DNA of 63,943 nucleotides, the filler included, from Octopus bimaculoides (lineage: Eukaryota), in the NCBI RefSeq assembly GCF_001194135.2. It is 5 parts of 5 records of this genome, joined end to end, with 100 filler letters (N's around TTAATTAATTAA, not from the genome) between each part and the next. Parts side by side here need not be neighbours in the genome. Positions count along the whole stretch, not along the records: positions 1 to 30,511 come from NC_068981.1; 4 more parts are not named here. One strand, given 5' to 3'. This document shows positions 1 through 13,506 of this stretch, in pieces. Every line of letters begins with the position of its first letter. Within the stretch, counting starts at the first letter, position 1. The notes beneath the pieces were generated by a model. The model was not told where the DNA came from and searched no databases. It saw only the letters and a list, made by a program, of their open reading frames with translations. The position numbers were made by a program, and so were the translations under genes.

Positions 1-1329
1 ATATATATATATATATATATATATAGACAAAACAGAGATTTATACACACACACACGCACACACTCTCCTTACATATATGCTTGTGCATAGTCTCTTTACT
101 CAGACTCATTCTTACAGTGATAACAATACCTCCCACATTAGTTGTCATGCCCAGTAATTGATGTCATTCAACTCACACACATTTTTCAGAAACAATTTTT
201 CACCATTGCATGTACAGGAGACGTTAACAAACAGCTTGCGGGATAGGAAAACCATCAGTGTTTTAAAATGTTAATTGACTTTATATTTTATTATAGATTG
301 AATTTCTCTGTAAATTCTAATCTAACAAAAATAAATTAATCACTTGCAGTCTTTAAATGGCATGGAACAATATCATAAAATGTTACTGAAGAAATAATTT
401 GGTGGAGTGGAATAAAGTAATGTAAAAACATGGTCATTGGAGTTTTGCAGTACAGACTTTTGTAGTTGCGTAATGAGAGTAAAGATGTTTTAATTAGGTA
501 TGAAGCCTTGAGCTAGTAAAATTAAGTATCTTGCACAGAAATACAATATTGGATTCATAAATTAAATGCTATATCATTATTGTTTTAACATCAGATTTTT
601 TATTCCATGCTATCAAGTGTTGGATGGGTTGGTTATGTTATATCACCACTTGTCTCTTCAGAAATGTGAAACAAAATAGATTATTAATTCAGTGAAATCC
701 AGCAATTGTAATAGTATAAAAGATGTCAGTTATGTAATATTTCTGACTGAATGATAAAATGTTGTAATTAAGAATAGTCCAAGACTTGCAGTTAATCTTC
801 TAGTCTGTTGACAAGTCTGAATATTTCATATGCCATTAATAATCTTGACAAAAATGTTGAGCATCACAACTTCATGATTTGTCTCATTTATAGATATGAT
901 GCTGTCTACTCTAAGGTTAGTTGTTACTGAGCAGATGTCTGATCAAAGACATTCTATCCATGATTAGGCAATCCTCTTTTGTCATGTGCATCTGGGACTA
1001 GATTATGTAATGTATCAGTTCTTTTCCATACAATAAGGTTTAGTTTATATATACGTATACCATAAGTTCATTATATATATATATATATATATATATATNN
1101 NNNNNNNNNNNNNNNNNNNNNNNNNNNNNNNNNNNNNNNNNNNNNNNNNNNNNNNNNNNNNNNNNNNNNNNNNNNNNNNNNNNNNNNNNNNTATATATAA
1201 TGAACTTATTGTATACAGTGCTCAGGTGCACTACAACTCATCAGAAAAAGTAACCAAAACACCATGAACATAGAATATGTACAGGAAGTGAACAGTGAAA
1301 AAATATTTAAAAAAAGAGAAGAAGGAGAA

Positions 1330-1640
1330 ATGGAGGAGTAGGGGGTATCAGGTGTACTGTTGGTGAATTTCAGGAAGCATGGAAGTTTTGAAGGATGTAG
1401 TGTCTCGACAGCTAACAACTGATGCAGGTAGTTTATTCCATGTTTAGCAATTTTGAGTGTGAAAAAATGTTTCTGAAAAATGCTGTGTTGATTTTTGATT
1501 TTGTAAGCATGTCCATGAAGTGTAAGCATGTCCATGGAATTCAAAAAGGTGCCCAAGGTTGTTGTTGGAAAGATGGTGGATAATTTTGTGGGTGTCTACC
1601 AAGTCAGTTGTCAGATGTAAGAGAGATTTGGCCACACCTT
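1330..1640 (-). mobile_element. CR1-clade LINE 3' fragment (post-RT C-terminus, frameshifted)
   Basis: Minus-strand peptides DLVDTHKIIHHL...GHAYKIKNQHS..KHFFTLKIA resemble the CR1 C-terminal RGH..K...FF..RV..WN.LP region. Confidence 0.7.
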
Positions 1641-2329
1641 CAAGGAGGCAAGCAACTACTTAGAGGTTCCATCTTTGGATTTTACACATGAAATATTTGT
1701 GTTTTTTTAGTTATAATTTAATAACACACAGAGGAGCTGTGCAAAATACAAAATCCACATAAATTTCTGAAAATACTTTAATTATACACTTCCCTGGGAT
1801 GGTATGGCTAAGAATAAAATAAGAAAATGTTATACCATGCAACATTTTGATATCAGTATGTGGTTAACTTAAAATTGGGAAGAAGACTATCATGATGCCT
1901 ATAACCTTTAAAAGTCTGAACAGCAATTGATGAATGGTTTACAAGGTGCTGAAGGCCTACTATCCATAATTCAGTAAAACTTTAGTAAATCTAAGCCAAC
2001 TTTGGTGTGATTTGGATTAAGGAGTTTCAGGTAACAACTACTAACCTATTAAACAATATAAATAAAGAGTTCGTGCTTTTCCTCTCTCAGCTGTTTTGAT
2101 GGTTGTAACTTATATTAGGTATGAGTAGATAGGAAGAATTTAAGTTGTTTTATTAAATTGTTTGTTCAGTGAGGATACTCCTTTTCCATAGCTTTTTATG
2201 ATACTTTTAAAACAGAAATGTGTGAAGTTATGACAAGATTAGTGTAACTATTGTTAAATATTTAGCACAAATGATTAACTGCTGAGTAACTAAAGTTGAA
2301 ATTTCCATTTTGTTTGTACAATAAAGATA

Positions 2330-2545
2330 TGAAGGGGTGCTGAAAAGTTCCTGACTTTAAGGGTTTCATGAAAGGCCTGGTGGAGGCCCAACCTTCTGAG
2401 TTCTTTTACAGAACTTAGAAAAACTGAAGGACCACTGCAATAAATGTGTGAATCTGAGAGGGGAATATGTTGAATAAAATCATAATTAACTGATTCTCCT
2501 GTATTTTCTTTTATCCAAAGCCAAGAACTTTTCAGCACTCCCTTG
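2330..2545 (+). mobile_element. Non-autonomous mariner deletion derivative (MITE)
   Basis: TIRs (gaaggggtgctgaaaagttc / gaacttttcagcactccctt) with TA on both sides. Internal LEKLKDHCNKCVNLRGEYVE* is a mariner transposase C-terminus. Confidence 0.85.
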
Positions 2546-4170
2546 TATATAATTTGTAATGTAGGATGGTAATGAAAGAAATAATATCTACATCAGAGTT
2601 TCTCCAGTAAAGGTTTTTTTTTCATGTCTTAGTCTGGAAGAGAGGCTGTACCTATGACCTTTGCAGGACTTCTAAGATTGTGAGGTCAATATAGTTTATT
2701 TTCAACACTAAGTCAATGCTGCAGTAGAAATGTGGGTGAAAGGCAAATTCCAGCAGATTGCTTTGGGAGGAAAGAAGGACTGGGAATGGTAGATAGTGCA
2801 AAGTGGGGCTCCAGTATGGCATGGTGACAAAGAAAATGATGGGTGTGGTAGATGGACTTTGGTGGAGATAGTAAAATAGAATAGGCAGAGAGAAGAGATA
2901 GTATGCCTGTGGGTCAGCTGTTGTAGTGTATTAGTGAATAAGTCTTTGATGGTTTTCTTTCGGATGCAGTCTTAAGATATGTGTGTGTGTGTGTGTGTGC
3001 GTCATTAGTACCTTCCTAGATATGAGGACAATACTTTGTAGTGGGTGTTAATTGTGTTTTGCAGAAGGTCAACAACTGAACCAAAGCTGAAATATTTTTT
3101 GGCTCTAAGAGAAAGAATAGCTTTCAGATACAATTCTTGTTTTGTTATATGAAGTACAGTTAACAGGAATGACTGTCAGGGAATGTTTACATGATTCAAA
3201 ATAAGAATTGATGATTATCTCTATTGAATCCTCCTGGAAAGCTGATAATTGAGAGTGTTAGTATGAGGTAAAAATTGTGTGTTATAAATGTTTTACTACT
3301 TTTATTTAGTTCCTCAGAGGAGAAAAGAAAGTGTTTATGATATTTACCAAGCTTCTGATGATATAAATGTAGGATATATTTAGTTTTAACATCAGTAGAT
3401 TGATGTTTGTTGGAAATATGAGAGCAATGAAGTCAATTCTAGACTGTTGCAGTTCATGAGAGAAGCAGTTGGATTAGACTGTATTGGATTGTGTGTTACT
3501 CCCAAACAAGTACAAAAAATGATATTAGTGTGAGACACAATAAGGATGATGAGTAGCAAAGTGTTAGATGGAGGTGGTAAATAATTTACTAAATAGTTGT
3601 AGTGGTGGTGGTGGCGGTGGCGGCTGTTGGTGGTGGTAATAGTAGTAGTAGTAGTAGTGGGAGGAGGAGGAAGAGGAAGCGATTAGAAACATCATATAAG
3701 AGCCAGTGTTGGTGAATGAATTTTTCCAATCAACTGAAAAGCACTTCTTTTGGAGATATCCTAAGTTATTTGTGTTCATGTGTAGATGTACTTGAAATGG
3801 AAAATTTCCATAATCTAATGATTGCGGTTGCCTAAAGGGAAAGCTGAAGTAAAATAAAAATCGGTTACGTTAAAGTTAAACCATTTCATTGATGAAATAA
3901 GAACAGACAGCTTTGAATGCAAGGAGATTGATGATAAGGTCTGCAAAACACACATGAGCATTAAAAGGTAATATTGCAAATATATTCAGTCTATTCTTAG
4001 ATGCTGGTGATGAGGTTTTTGAAATTATGTTTTGTTAATTGTATAAAGACAATACAAACCTGATATATATTTAGGGTATTCATTTATAAAATACAAAACG
4101 GTAATGTCTATAATATTGATAGTATCAGTGATAATGTAGATTTTAAAAAGTTTATATAAATATATATAAA

Positions 4171-4335
4171 GGCGCAGGAGTGGCTGTGTGGTAAGTAGCT
4201 TGCTTACCAACCACATGGTTCCGGGTTCATTCCCATTGCGTGGCACCTTGGGCAAGTGTCTTCTACTATAGCCTCGGGCTGACCAAAGCCTTGTGAGTGG
4301 ATTTGGTAGACGGAAACTGAAAGAAGCTTGTCGTA

Positions 4336-4384
<49 letters not shown>

Positions 4385-4602
4385 ATATGTTTGTGTGTCT
4401 GTGTTTGTCCCCCCAACATCGCTTGACAACTGATGCTGGTGTGTTTATGTCCCCGTAACTTAGCGGTTCAGCAAAAGAGGCCGATAGAATAAGTACTAGG
4501 CTTCCAAAGAATAAGTCCTGGGGTCGATTTGCTCGACTAAAGGTGGTGCTCCAGCATGGCCACAGTCAAATGACTGAAACAATTAAAAGAGTAAAAAGAG
4601 TA
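4171..4602 (+). mobile_element. tRNA-derived SINE family A (with internal TA/TG microsatellite)
   Basis: A-box-like tggctgtgtgg and B-box-like ggttcattccc, followed by accttgggcaagt. Many similar copies occur in the window. Confidence 0.9.
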
Positions 4603-5060
4603 TACACATATATATATTTTTTAATTTTTTTTTTTTTTTAGAAATAACAACTTGGAGGACCTGTATTGATTAGCCCTAAAAAAGTCTGAGGTAAGATATT
4701 GTTTTTTTTAAATCAATAATTGTTTAAAAAATTTTAATTTATTTGATATAGTCAATTTTCAGACTGATGTCAAATGGGATTTTAATGTTGGACTTCAATG
4801 TATGCCTGAGTTGATAGACTGAGTTAAAAGAGTTGAGAATTAAATTTCAAGTGACAACATGTATAATGATATTTGAATGAATGAATATTACTATTTTGCT
4901 CATAGTCTTCGTTATGCATACATACATACACACACACATGCATACAAATATATATGCATTGTATTTATATTTATTTTCTAAGTATTGCTCAAATGTTTCT
5001 AAAAATTCCTACTTTTGCATAAATTGTTCAGTTAGCTGTTGATATTAAATCAATAGATTA

Positions 5061-5490
5061 AGGTGGCAATCTGGCAGAATCGTTAGCACACCAGGCAAAA
5101 TGCTTAGTGACATTTCATCCATCTTTATATTCTGAGTTCAAATTCCACCGATGTCAACTTTGCCTTTCATCCTTTCAGGATTCTTAAAATAAGCACCAAC
5201 TAAGCACTGGGGTCAATGTAACTGACTTAACCCCTTCCCTGAAACTGCTGACCTTGTGCCAAAATTTGAAACCAATATTAAACCAACAGAAGGTGATGAG
5301 CTGGCAGAATCATTACTGTGCCAGGCAAAATGCTTAGTGATATCTCATCTGTCTTCACATTCTGAGTTCAAATTCCGCTGAGGTTGACTTTGCCTTTCAT
5401 CCTTTCAGGGTTGATAAAATAAAGTACCAGTTGAACACTGGGGTAATCAGCTTATCCCCTTCTCTGAAATTGCTGTTCTTGTGCCAAATT
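5061..5490 (+). mobile_element. Two tandem copies of SINE family B
   Basis: Two ~210-bp copies (5061-5280, 5291-5490) of ctggcagaatcgttagc...gagttcaaattcc...tttgcctttcatcctttc...ctggggtc. Confidence 0.85.
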
Positions 5491-6230
5491 TGGCGTATTT
5501 CTTGGCGTATTTCTTATATTTTCATGCGTTCAACTTAAAGTTAGCTCTCATTGAATCAAAGGTATTTTAGCTGTGACTGTTCCATTTTTTTTTTTTTTCA
5601 AACCTACTATATCTGGAACCACATCATCCAATGAGTCCTTCTTTTGTAAGAGAGTAGGGTGTAATTTGAGGGAGGTTTGACAGCTATTTCTTATAAGTCA
5701 GTGATCACATAGAAGATTCTTTGATGGCTCATGTTTCAAGCTGGTAATGTTTTGTGTTTCAAGGCCAGAATGTAATTCAGTATTCCAATGATTTCATCAA
5801 TTAATTCTTTAACTCTGGGGTTTAGTTCATCTGTCTGATGTTATTATAAAGAGGTAGAAACCTTACTTGATAGACTGAAAAAGTTACAATGCAGCCATAT
5901 AAAATATATGTATTAGATATAGTGCCAGAAAAACTATAACTCACTTGAGTCAGGGTGAGAATGATATCAACATATCAAAACTGAAGTCATGTACTACAAT
6001 TTATCATCACTACCATCATCATCATCTTTTTTTCCTTTCCAGCACTGTAGCTAGATAGATCCTACTTAATGCAACAGTTTTTATATGTCTTCCACAAGAC
6101 CCAGCATCCTGAGCAGGTTAAAGTTATCTATTTTAGATAAATTTGTTTTCCTTTTCCTGCATAATTTTATACATTCATTTAGTAATTCTTTTGTCACTAC
6201 TTTAGCAAGTATAGTAAAGTCAGTGCCTTG

Positions 6231-6262
6231 CTGATGAGGTGAGAATCACACCAAAACATGTC
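6231..6262 (+). ncRNA. Degenerate minimal hammerhead-ribozyme-like motif (Penelope-type relic)
   Basis: CTGATGA-GGTG(agaatca)CACC-AAAA-C-ATGT-C: core, stem II, palindromic stem III and a GUC site. G12 is replaced by A and stem I pairs poorly. Confidence 0.45.
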
Positions 6263-8074
6263 TGGAATTGTTTCTCACACATGCTGGGAAAATTGAAATA
6301 ATACTAGTTTTTGACCAATAGCTTTTTTTTCTCTCCTCCTCCTCACTGCATATTTATTTCTAGTAAGATTTTTTAATGCTCTATGCATTAAATATATGAA
6401 CACTCATTTGCCTGTTTATTAAATTTCCTTCAAATGGAGTATTTTCTTCATTGGAGCTAGTAAATCCATTGCTTTCTCTCACACTTTTTTTCTCATTGAT
6501 TCTTTTTTTTCTGATTCTCTTTCTCTGATCCTTTTTTTCCCTGCTGATTCTGTTTCTTGCTCGCCCTCTCATATACACTTAACATATACATGTTTCATAT
6601 GAAGAATCATTCTCAGTAAAGAAGAGAAAATGCAAGACTAAAATATAACATATTTAAAAGACTTCAAAATTTGCTTGTGTAAACAGTATATAAGCACACA
6701 TTTCTCCGAGATACATATGTAAATTTGTGGAATGTGAACGAGCACCTATAACAGTTTTACTTTAGCAGTTGTTAATGCATTAGAGATGACATCTGAGGAG
6801 ATAACTGTTAAGCCATACAGTGTATATGCACAGCTTACACATTGATGTACACATACATATTAAGGTAAGTTCTTGTTGATGACATCAACGAAAGAGCAAA
6901 ACTGGTGCAACGGAAACACATGAATATTTAAATTTCTTTCTCTCTCTTTCACATGCTCTTATATATACTTTCACTCTTAAATTGTTGTTTACAAGTGGAA
7001 ATTGTTTAATATGTATGTATGTGTGTGGGTGTGTGTGTGTGTGCTCATGTGCATATGGTATACACATATAAACATGTATATGCATATTTGCATACACACA
7101 CATACATATATGTAAATATATACATACACATGTGTATACACATACATTCTCCACTGTATATATTCATATGTCATGTCTCTCCTGTTTATTCTAATACATT
7201 TCTCATTTCATTTAATCATAGGCACATGCACATGCACACATACATGTTCACTCACATGTATACTCATGCATACATGCATGTACACATACATATACACTCT
7301 CATATGCGCATTTAAATTACGTGACTGCATGCACTGAACAACTGGATATCTTCAGAAAAGTCTGAACCTAGATGTTAAAGGTCACCAAAATCAGTGAAGA
7401 GATGGAAAAAAATTTCTTTGTTCTATAGAACCATTATAGAAGATAGAAAATAAAAAAAAAGCTAAAGTAAAAAGAAATAAAAAGAAAACAATGAATATAA
7501 ATAAAATAAAACTGCAAAAAATATATTAACAATGTTTCAAATATTGTATAAATGTCCAGTTAAATAAATGTATTTTGCGATGAAGAAAAGGTCAAATCGA
7601 AAATACACTCCTTTAATGTAAGATCAAGAAGTTGCTTAAGTTGTTCAAGTCATTTGTTGCCTTATGCAGAATTAAGTCTGGATAGCTGGTTATAATGTTT
7701 CTGCCGATTTGAATTTACTGAGGTCATATAAAGACAGGCTGTAATGTCAAGTGCATGGACTGACTGGAGAAGATTGATGGAGTGCAGTATTAGCTATAAA
7801 TGGCAGCAAAGAGGAAGGTGGGTGGTAGATAAAATAAAATAATAATAATAAATACAATAACAAAATGTAATGTTAAAAAAGATTACTGGAATTTATTAGA
7901 ATTGTATTTTGGTAGCTTTTGAAATAGATTTTGGGATTTTTGTTGCTGTTGTTATTATTTTGTTTAATCTTATGTTAGCTCCAATCAAGCAGACCTATGA
8001 ACAGAGGCAGTCCAACTGTGACCATCCTGTGGGGTTTTTTTTTTTATGTGTATAGGGAACTCAGGATCACTGAG

Positions 8075-8450
8075 TCATTAGACTGTGGCCATACCGGAGC
8101 ATCACCTTGAAAGATTTAGTCAAACAAGTCACCCTTGTTCTTACTTTTTTAAAGTTTAGTACTTATGCTATTGGTCTCTTTTGTCAAATTGCTAAGTTAC
8201 AGCGATGTAAACAAACTCACACTGGTTGTCAAGTGATGTGGTGGAAAACAAACACAAAGACACACACACATTCACATACACAATGGGCTTTTACACAGTT
8301 TCCCTCTACTAAATTTAATCACACGTTAATTGTTTGGCTTGGGGTTATAGTAGAAGACACTTGGCCAAGGTGCCACACATTGGAACTGAACCTGGTACCA
8401 CATAGCTGCAAAGTGAACTCCTTAACTAACACAGCTGTGCCTGCACCTAT
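8075..8450 (-). mobile_element. SINE family A, degenerate
   Basis: Reverse complement of the 4171-4602 element (gaagacacttggccaaggtgcc...). Confidence 0.8.
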
Positions 8451-8606
8451 AATGTGTCCTTTTCTAAGATGGTCAAGTGTAATTTGAGGGAGATTTAGTT
8501 GATATTTCCAGCAGGTTGAGTGATGCCAAAGAGGATCATAGCAGTGGGAAAATTGTTGTGAGTAATACTATTGTGACAGTGATGTTGTAATATTATAACA
8601 ATATAA

Positions 8607-8802
8607 GGTGGCATGCAAAAAGCACCCTGCACACTCTGTAAAGTGGCTGATGTCAGGAAGGGCATCCAGCTGTAGAAATCATTCCAAAACAGACAATGGG
8701 AGTCTGGACAGCTCCCTGGCTGACCAGCTCCTATCAAACTATCCAACCCATGCCAGCATGGAAAATGGATGTTAAACAACGACAGTGATCATGATGATGA
8801 TG
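8607..8802 (+). mobile_element. RTE-type LINE 3' tail
   Basis: aggaagggcatccagctgtagaaa...acccatgccagcatggaaa...gttaaac ending in (GAT)n. Related to 12650 and 51127. Confidence 0.75.
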
Positions 8803-8818
8803 TGGTAGTAGTAGTAGT

Positions 8819-8880
<62 letters not shown>

Positions 8881-8896
8881 TAGTAGTAGTAGCAGC
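8803..8896. repeat. Compound (TAG)n(CAG)n(TAG)n microsatellite
   Basis: Directly visible. Confidence 0.95.
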
Positions 8897-9741
8897 AAAT
8901 TGGTAAATTTGTAAGAGCATCGGATAGATTGCCTTGTAGTATTTGGTCTCATTATCTGCGCTCTGAGTGTTAGTCATGCAACAATCAATTTTGCATTTCA
9001 TCCTTCTAAAGTTAAAAGAATACCAGTCTTCCCTTTCTTTTTGGATCATACCTGTAAGAATACACATTTTTGGAATACTCAGCCACTTGTGCATTAATTC
9101 CATAAGTAAGGATTCAGTTAGTTGAGCTCGTCATCAAATTCACTGGAGAATCCACAAATGTTGTTATGATATTGAAGTTACTGTCTTGCTCTTGCTGGAA
9201 TAATAATCAGTTGTGGAGGTGGTAGTGGTGGTGGTGATGATGATGATGATGATGATGATAATCTAATGGTTGCATTGTGGTGGTATTAGCATTATGGTGG
9301 TAGTCATGCTTATGTTGGTGCAGTTGTTGCAGCAATCTACTACTTTTGTTGCTCATGGTGATATTTAGAGAAAAGACTTAGGATATTAAATTTTTAGATT
9401 GGGAATAAGGATAAGGTTCTAAGTCTGATCTTATTCTAGTCTGAGAATTTATTTATATACCCTTAATATGACAGTGGTGGCGGCAGTAGTTGTATTAGTT
9501 GTTATTTGTAGTAGGAGCTATGAGTTGGAGAATGAATGGTTGAATGTATTTCATTGCAGGAAACATTTGTTTATAGCTTAACATTCAGACAGTCTTTTAG
9601 CCCTGGTGTATTGCTAGTGTTATTCTGATGTTGTAAAGTGTTTAGCTATCCACACAGTATTTGTATTCACCTCACTTCTTAACACATCTACTGGTCATTG
9701 CAACCAAAGATTCATATTTAGCAGCTGAGTACTAACTGAGT

Positions 9742-10122
9742 GGAGGCACAATGGCCCAGTGGTTAGGGCAGCGGACTCGCAGTCATAGGATCACGGTTTT
9801 GATTCCCAGACCGGGCGTTGTGAGTGTTCATTGAGCGAAGACACCTAAAGCTCCATGAGGCTCTGGCAGGGGATGGTGGCGAACCCTGCTGTACTCTTTC
9901 ACCACAACTTTCTCTCATTCTTTCTTCCTGTTTCTGTTGTGCCTGTAATTCAAAAGGTCAGCCTTGTCACACTGTGTCACACTGAATATCCCCAAGAACT
10001 ACGTTAAGGGTACACATGTCTGTGGAGTGCTTAGCCACTTGCACGTTAATTTCATGCGCAGGCTGTTCCATTGATCAGATCAACTGAAACCCTCGACGTC
10101 ATAAGCGACGGAGTGCTAACAA
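9742..10122 (+). mobile_element. tRNA-derived SINE family C
   Basis: A box tggcccagtgg and B-box-like ggttttgattcc, with a body unrelated to families A and B. Single copy here. Confidence 0.7.
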
Positions 10123-10469
10123 CTAACTGCATAGATAGTAAATTGGAAAAAGAAAGTCTAGAAAATTTGTCATTGCTGTTGGTGTTCATCCCAAGTTCAG
10201 CCCTTAATGAGCAGACCTATGGTCAAAGCTAGATTTTTAAGCTAGAAAGGTATGATTTGAAGGAGATTCAGCTGCTTTTTCTACAAGGTCAAGTAACTAC
10301 ATAAAGATTTCTTTATCAACTCATAGTCATTAGTTTGTCTCATTTGGAAAGCACAATGGCTTAACACTGAATGTTCGTAAAATATTCAAGGTAATTTGTT
10401 GGACATGCCATTCAGAAAGTTCTGTGGGTCATAGCTTGCTCACAACTGATGTAGAAACTACTTATTAGT

Positions 10470-10900
10470 TCAATTAAAGCAAGGCTTGGTGGAGAAGAAG
10501 AGATTAAGAATGTTTGAAAAGATAGCAAGACAAATGAGAGTTATAAGATATTAGCTAGTTGAATCTATCCAGAATGGCAAAAGTTTGATGTGGGTAAATA
10601 TGATTATCTTGAAGGAATTGTTGGGGTGAAGTTGATGAAGAGAATTGAAATGTATTCTTTTGGTACAGGGAGTTTTTAAGCAATGGTTTTAGACAAAGCA
10701 TTTTGAAGTTTTTTTATACTGAGCTCTGAGTGAGATATATGGGTAGAAAGGAGTATGGATTGGATTCCATGTAAGCTCATACACTAAGATTTGTGAAGAA
10801 ATTAAAAGTAAAGGATTATCTCAAACTGAAGGAATTTGTGAAATATATAGGAGCTATGTTAGTTCTGTTGACTATGCATCTGCATATGTAAGTATAGGAC
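10470..10900 (+). mobile_element. Highly decayed RLE-type LINE fragment
   Basis: Only a weak YMGRKEYGL remnant resembling LYMPRKEGGRGL, with many stops. Confidence 0.3.
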
Positions 10901-11084
10901 TGGGCAAGATTCTTTTGAGGAAGACTAATAGTTACCCATGTGTGCAAGTCTTTTGTCTTCAGGCCACTGGTGTTTATCAATGGGAAAGACTGCTAACTTA
11001 GGATGATGTAACTTGGTACAAGTGTCATTGCAAATATTGCTGTCAGAATGCAAAGAACTAGAACAGATACTGCAAGGAATCTCT

Positions 11085-11255
11085 ATAACAGTCTTGCCAA
11101 CTCACTATTCTGGATTGGTATTTTTTTTTATTGACCTCAAGGGGATGAAAGGCAGAGTTGACCTCAGCAGGATTTGAACTCAGCATGCAGAGAGTTAGAA
11201 CAAATAACACAAGGCACTTACATTTAACTCTAACTCCTCTGTCAATTTGTCACCT
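11085..11255 (-). mobile_element. SINE family B, degenerate
   Basis: ggatgaaaggcagagttgacctcagcaggatttgaactcag is the reverse complement of the family B core. Confidence 0.75.
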
Positions 11256-12339
11256 TGTGGACGATAGAGATTGAGATTTGTTTCTTAGGAAGAATGGAAT
11301 TAATGTGAAAAAGAACCAGTTGGTACAAAGAAGGAAAACTGACCAGTGAATCTAACTTTACTCTTTTTATCTTTTATCTGTTTCAGTCATTGGACTATGA
11401 CCATGCCAGGTCACCATCTTGAAGGGTTTTAGGCAAATGAATCAATCCCAGTACTTTTTTTTAAACACCTAATACTTATTCTGTCAGTCTCTTTATGACA
11501 AACTACTAAGTTACTGGAATGTAAACAAACCAACATCGGTTGTCAAGCAGGGGGGAGTGCGGTGGAGGGAGCTAGTGGAAAAATAAAGTAAAACCCAAAA
11601 GTCTGTAATTGCCATTGACTGTCATGCTGATCCCTATGAAAAACTCTACTGGAAATCACTGACGTTTGTTGGGTATTTTATAATTTTTTGTTGATTGAAA
11701 AGAAAACTAGCTGCAAATTTGGGCAAAAAGAGGAGAATATTGGATTATGTACCAGAAGTCAGTGGTCATAGATTTGCACCACTAATTGTCAGATAGCAGG
11801 CTTCTATTTGGAAACATTGTTTGTTGGTCTTCTGTGATAGTCACTTGTGTTCCTCATAGACAGAGTGCTGTTGATGAAAATTCTAGGTTCTCTTTATGTT
11901 ATTGGTTATGTTTTGAATAATTTCAATAAGGTTATGATTTTTGTTGCTTAGCTTCAGGTCAGCTCTAAATGATGGGGTTTTAATAAAGACTATATATGTG
12001 GTCTATCAACATTTACAGTATTATGCCCCAAAGGGGGTAGGAGTGTTCAGAGTTCAGTAAAGTCAAAAATGTTCAGGACCAAATTTGGAGAGTATAATTT
12101 GTGGAAGTGTTTGGAGCAAGAGGTAGTAAGAATCATGGAAAGCTCTGATCCTATCTAGGCAGTGGATTCTAACCCCTCTATGAGTGGATTGCCTTTTATT
12201 TGTTTATTTGTATTTTTTTACCACATCCCCATTTCTGTTTGTGTATGTATGTGAATCCCTACAACTTGTAACCCCTTTGATAATAGGTTTTGTATTGATT
12301 GTATAGGCCCTAGTAGCCACAAATTATTATTATTATTAA

Positions 12340-12550
12340 GGTAGCATGCTGGCAGAGTCATTAGCACACTGGGCAAAATTCTTAGCAGCATTTTGTCCAA
12401 TCTGCATGATCTTAGTTCAGATTCTGCTGAGGTCAACTTTGCCTTTTATTCTTTCAGGGTTGATAAATTAAGTACTAATGAAACACTGGGGTTGATGTAA
12501 TCGACTAGTCTCCTCTCTCAAAATTGCAGGTCTTGTGCCTTTAATAGAAA
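12340..12550 (+). mobile_element. SINE family B
   Basis: Matches the 5061-5280 copy. Confidence 0.8.
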
Positions 12551-12649
12551 GGAGTTATTATTATTATTATTATTTTAATAGGTATTGGCCAATAAAAGGA
12601 ATCATTATTATTAATGGCTATAGCTAAAATATTGGAAACCATAAAAGAA

Positions 12650-12803
12650 TGGTTGGCGTTAGGAAGGGCATCCAGCTGTAGAAACTCTGCCAAATCAGAC
12701 TGGAGCCTGGTGTTGCCATCCGGTTTCACCAGTCCTCAGTCAAATCATCCAACCCATGCTAGCATGGAAAGCGGACGTTAAACGATGATGATGATGATGA
12801 TGA
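12650..12803 (+). mobile_element. Young RTE-type LINE 3' tail
   Basis: Nearly identical to 51135-51290; ends in (GAT)n. Confidence 0.85.
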
Positions 12804-13311
12804 TATCTTTTACTCATATCTTCTTGGTCAGATAAACATATTTGATTACATTTTTTACAATTTCTCAGATTCCTTGCCAATCCCAAACTATTATTTTTAC
12901 AACCTTTTTATTTATACAATGACAGAGATTCAACATTAATCTTAACTGCAATAACATCACCTAACCATTCCAGTCTTATGCACCAAGGAAGTCATCATTC
13001 TCTGCACAGGCTTTTAAATATTTCTCTCTGGAATGATCTCATCCATTCATTTTAGACAATTAATTATCTAAAGCACTTAAGATTTAATATTATTTGTCTT
13101 AAACACACACGTCAGTCTTAACCTACAACTTACTGGAAACCTCTAAAATATAAAATGAATTCAATTTTATATTTACCTGCTTGCAGGCATAACATAATGA
13201 GTTCAGGAATTCCCATTTAGAATGTTTGTAAAGAAATCTAAGTTGGCAGACACACCTGGTAATTCACTGTGATTTTAATTGTAGTAAATAAATTAATTTT
13301 CTTGTGACTGT

Positions 13312-13473
13312 GTAGGCACATGCATGGCTGTGTGTTAAAAAGGTTGCTTCCCAACTACATGGTTTTGGGTTCAGTCCTACAGTGTGGCACTTTGGGCAAG
13401 TGTCTTCTACTATAGCCCTGGTTAAACAAAATCCTTGTGAGTGGATATGGTAGATTGAAACTGAAAAAAAAGC

Positions 13474-13506
<33 letters not shown>

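Noticed and set aside
6760-6870. Plus-strand AAG|GTAAGT donor with upstream acceptor
   Set aside because: All frames are closed and there is no further support.
8789-9103. ORF with polyT/polyA tract after ...cttacag|GTATGA
   Set aside because: Built from a degenerate family B SINE plus a (TAG/CAG)n microsatellite.
13177-13255. Minus-strand exon CVCQLRFLYKHSKWEFLNSLCYACKQ
   Set aside because: Weak acceptor, isolated and no homology recognised; not distinguishable from chance.
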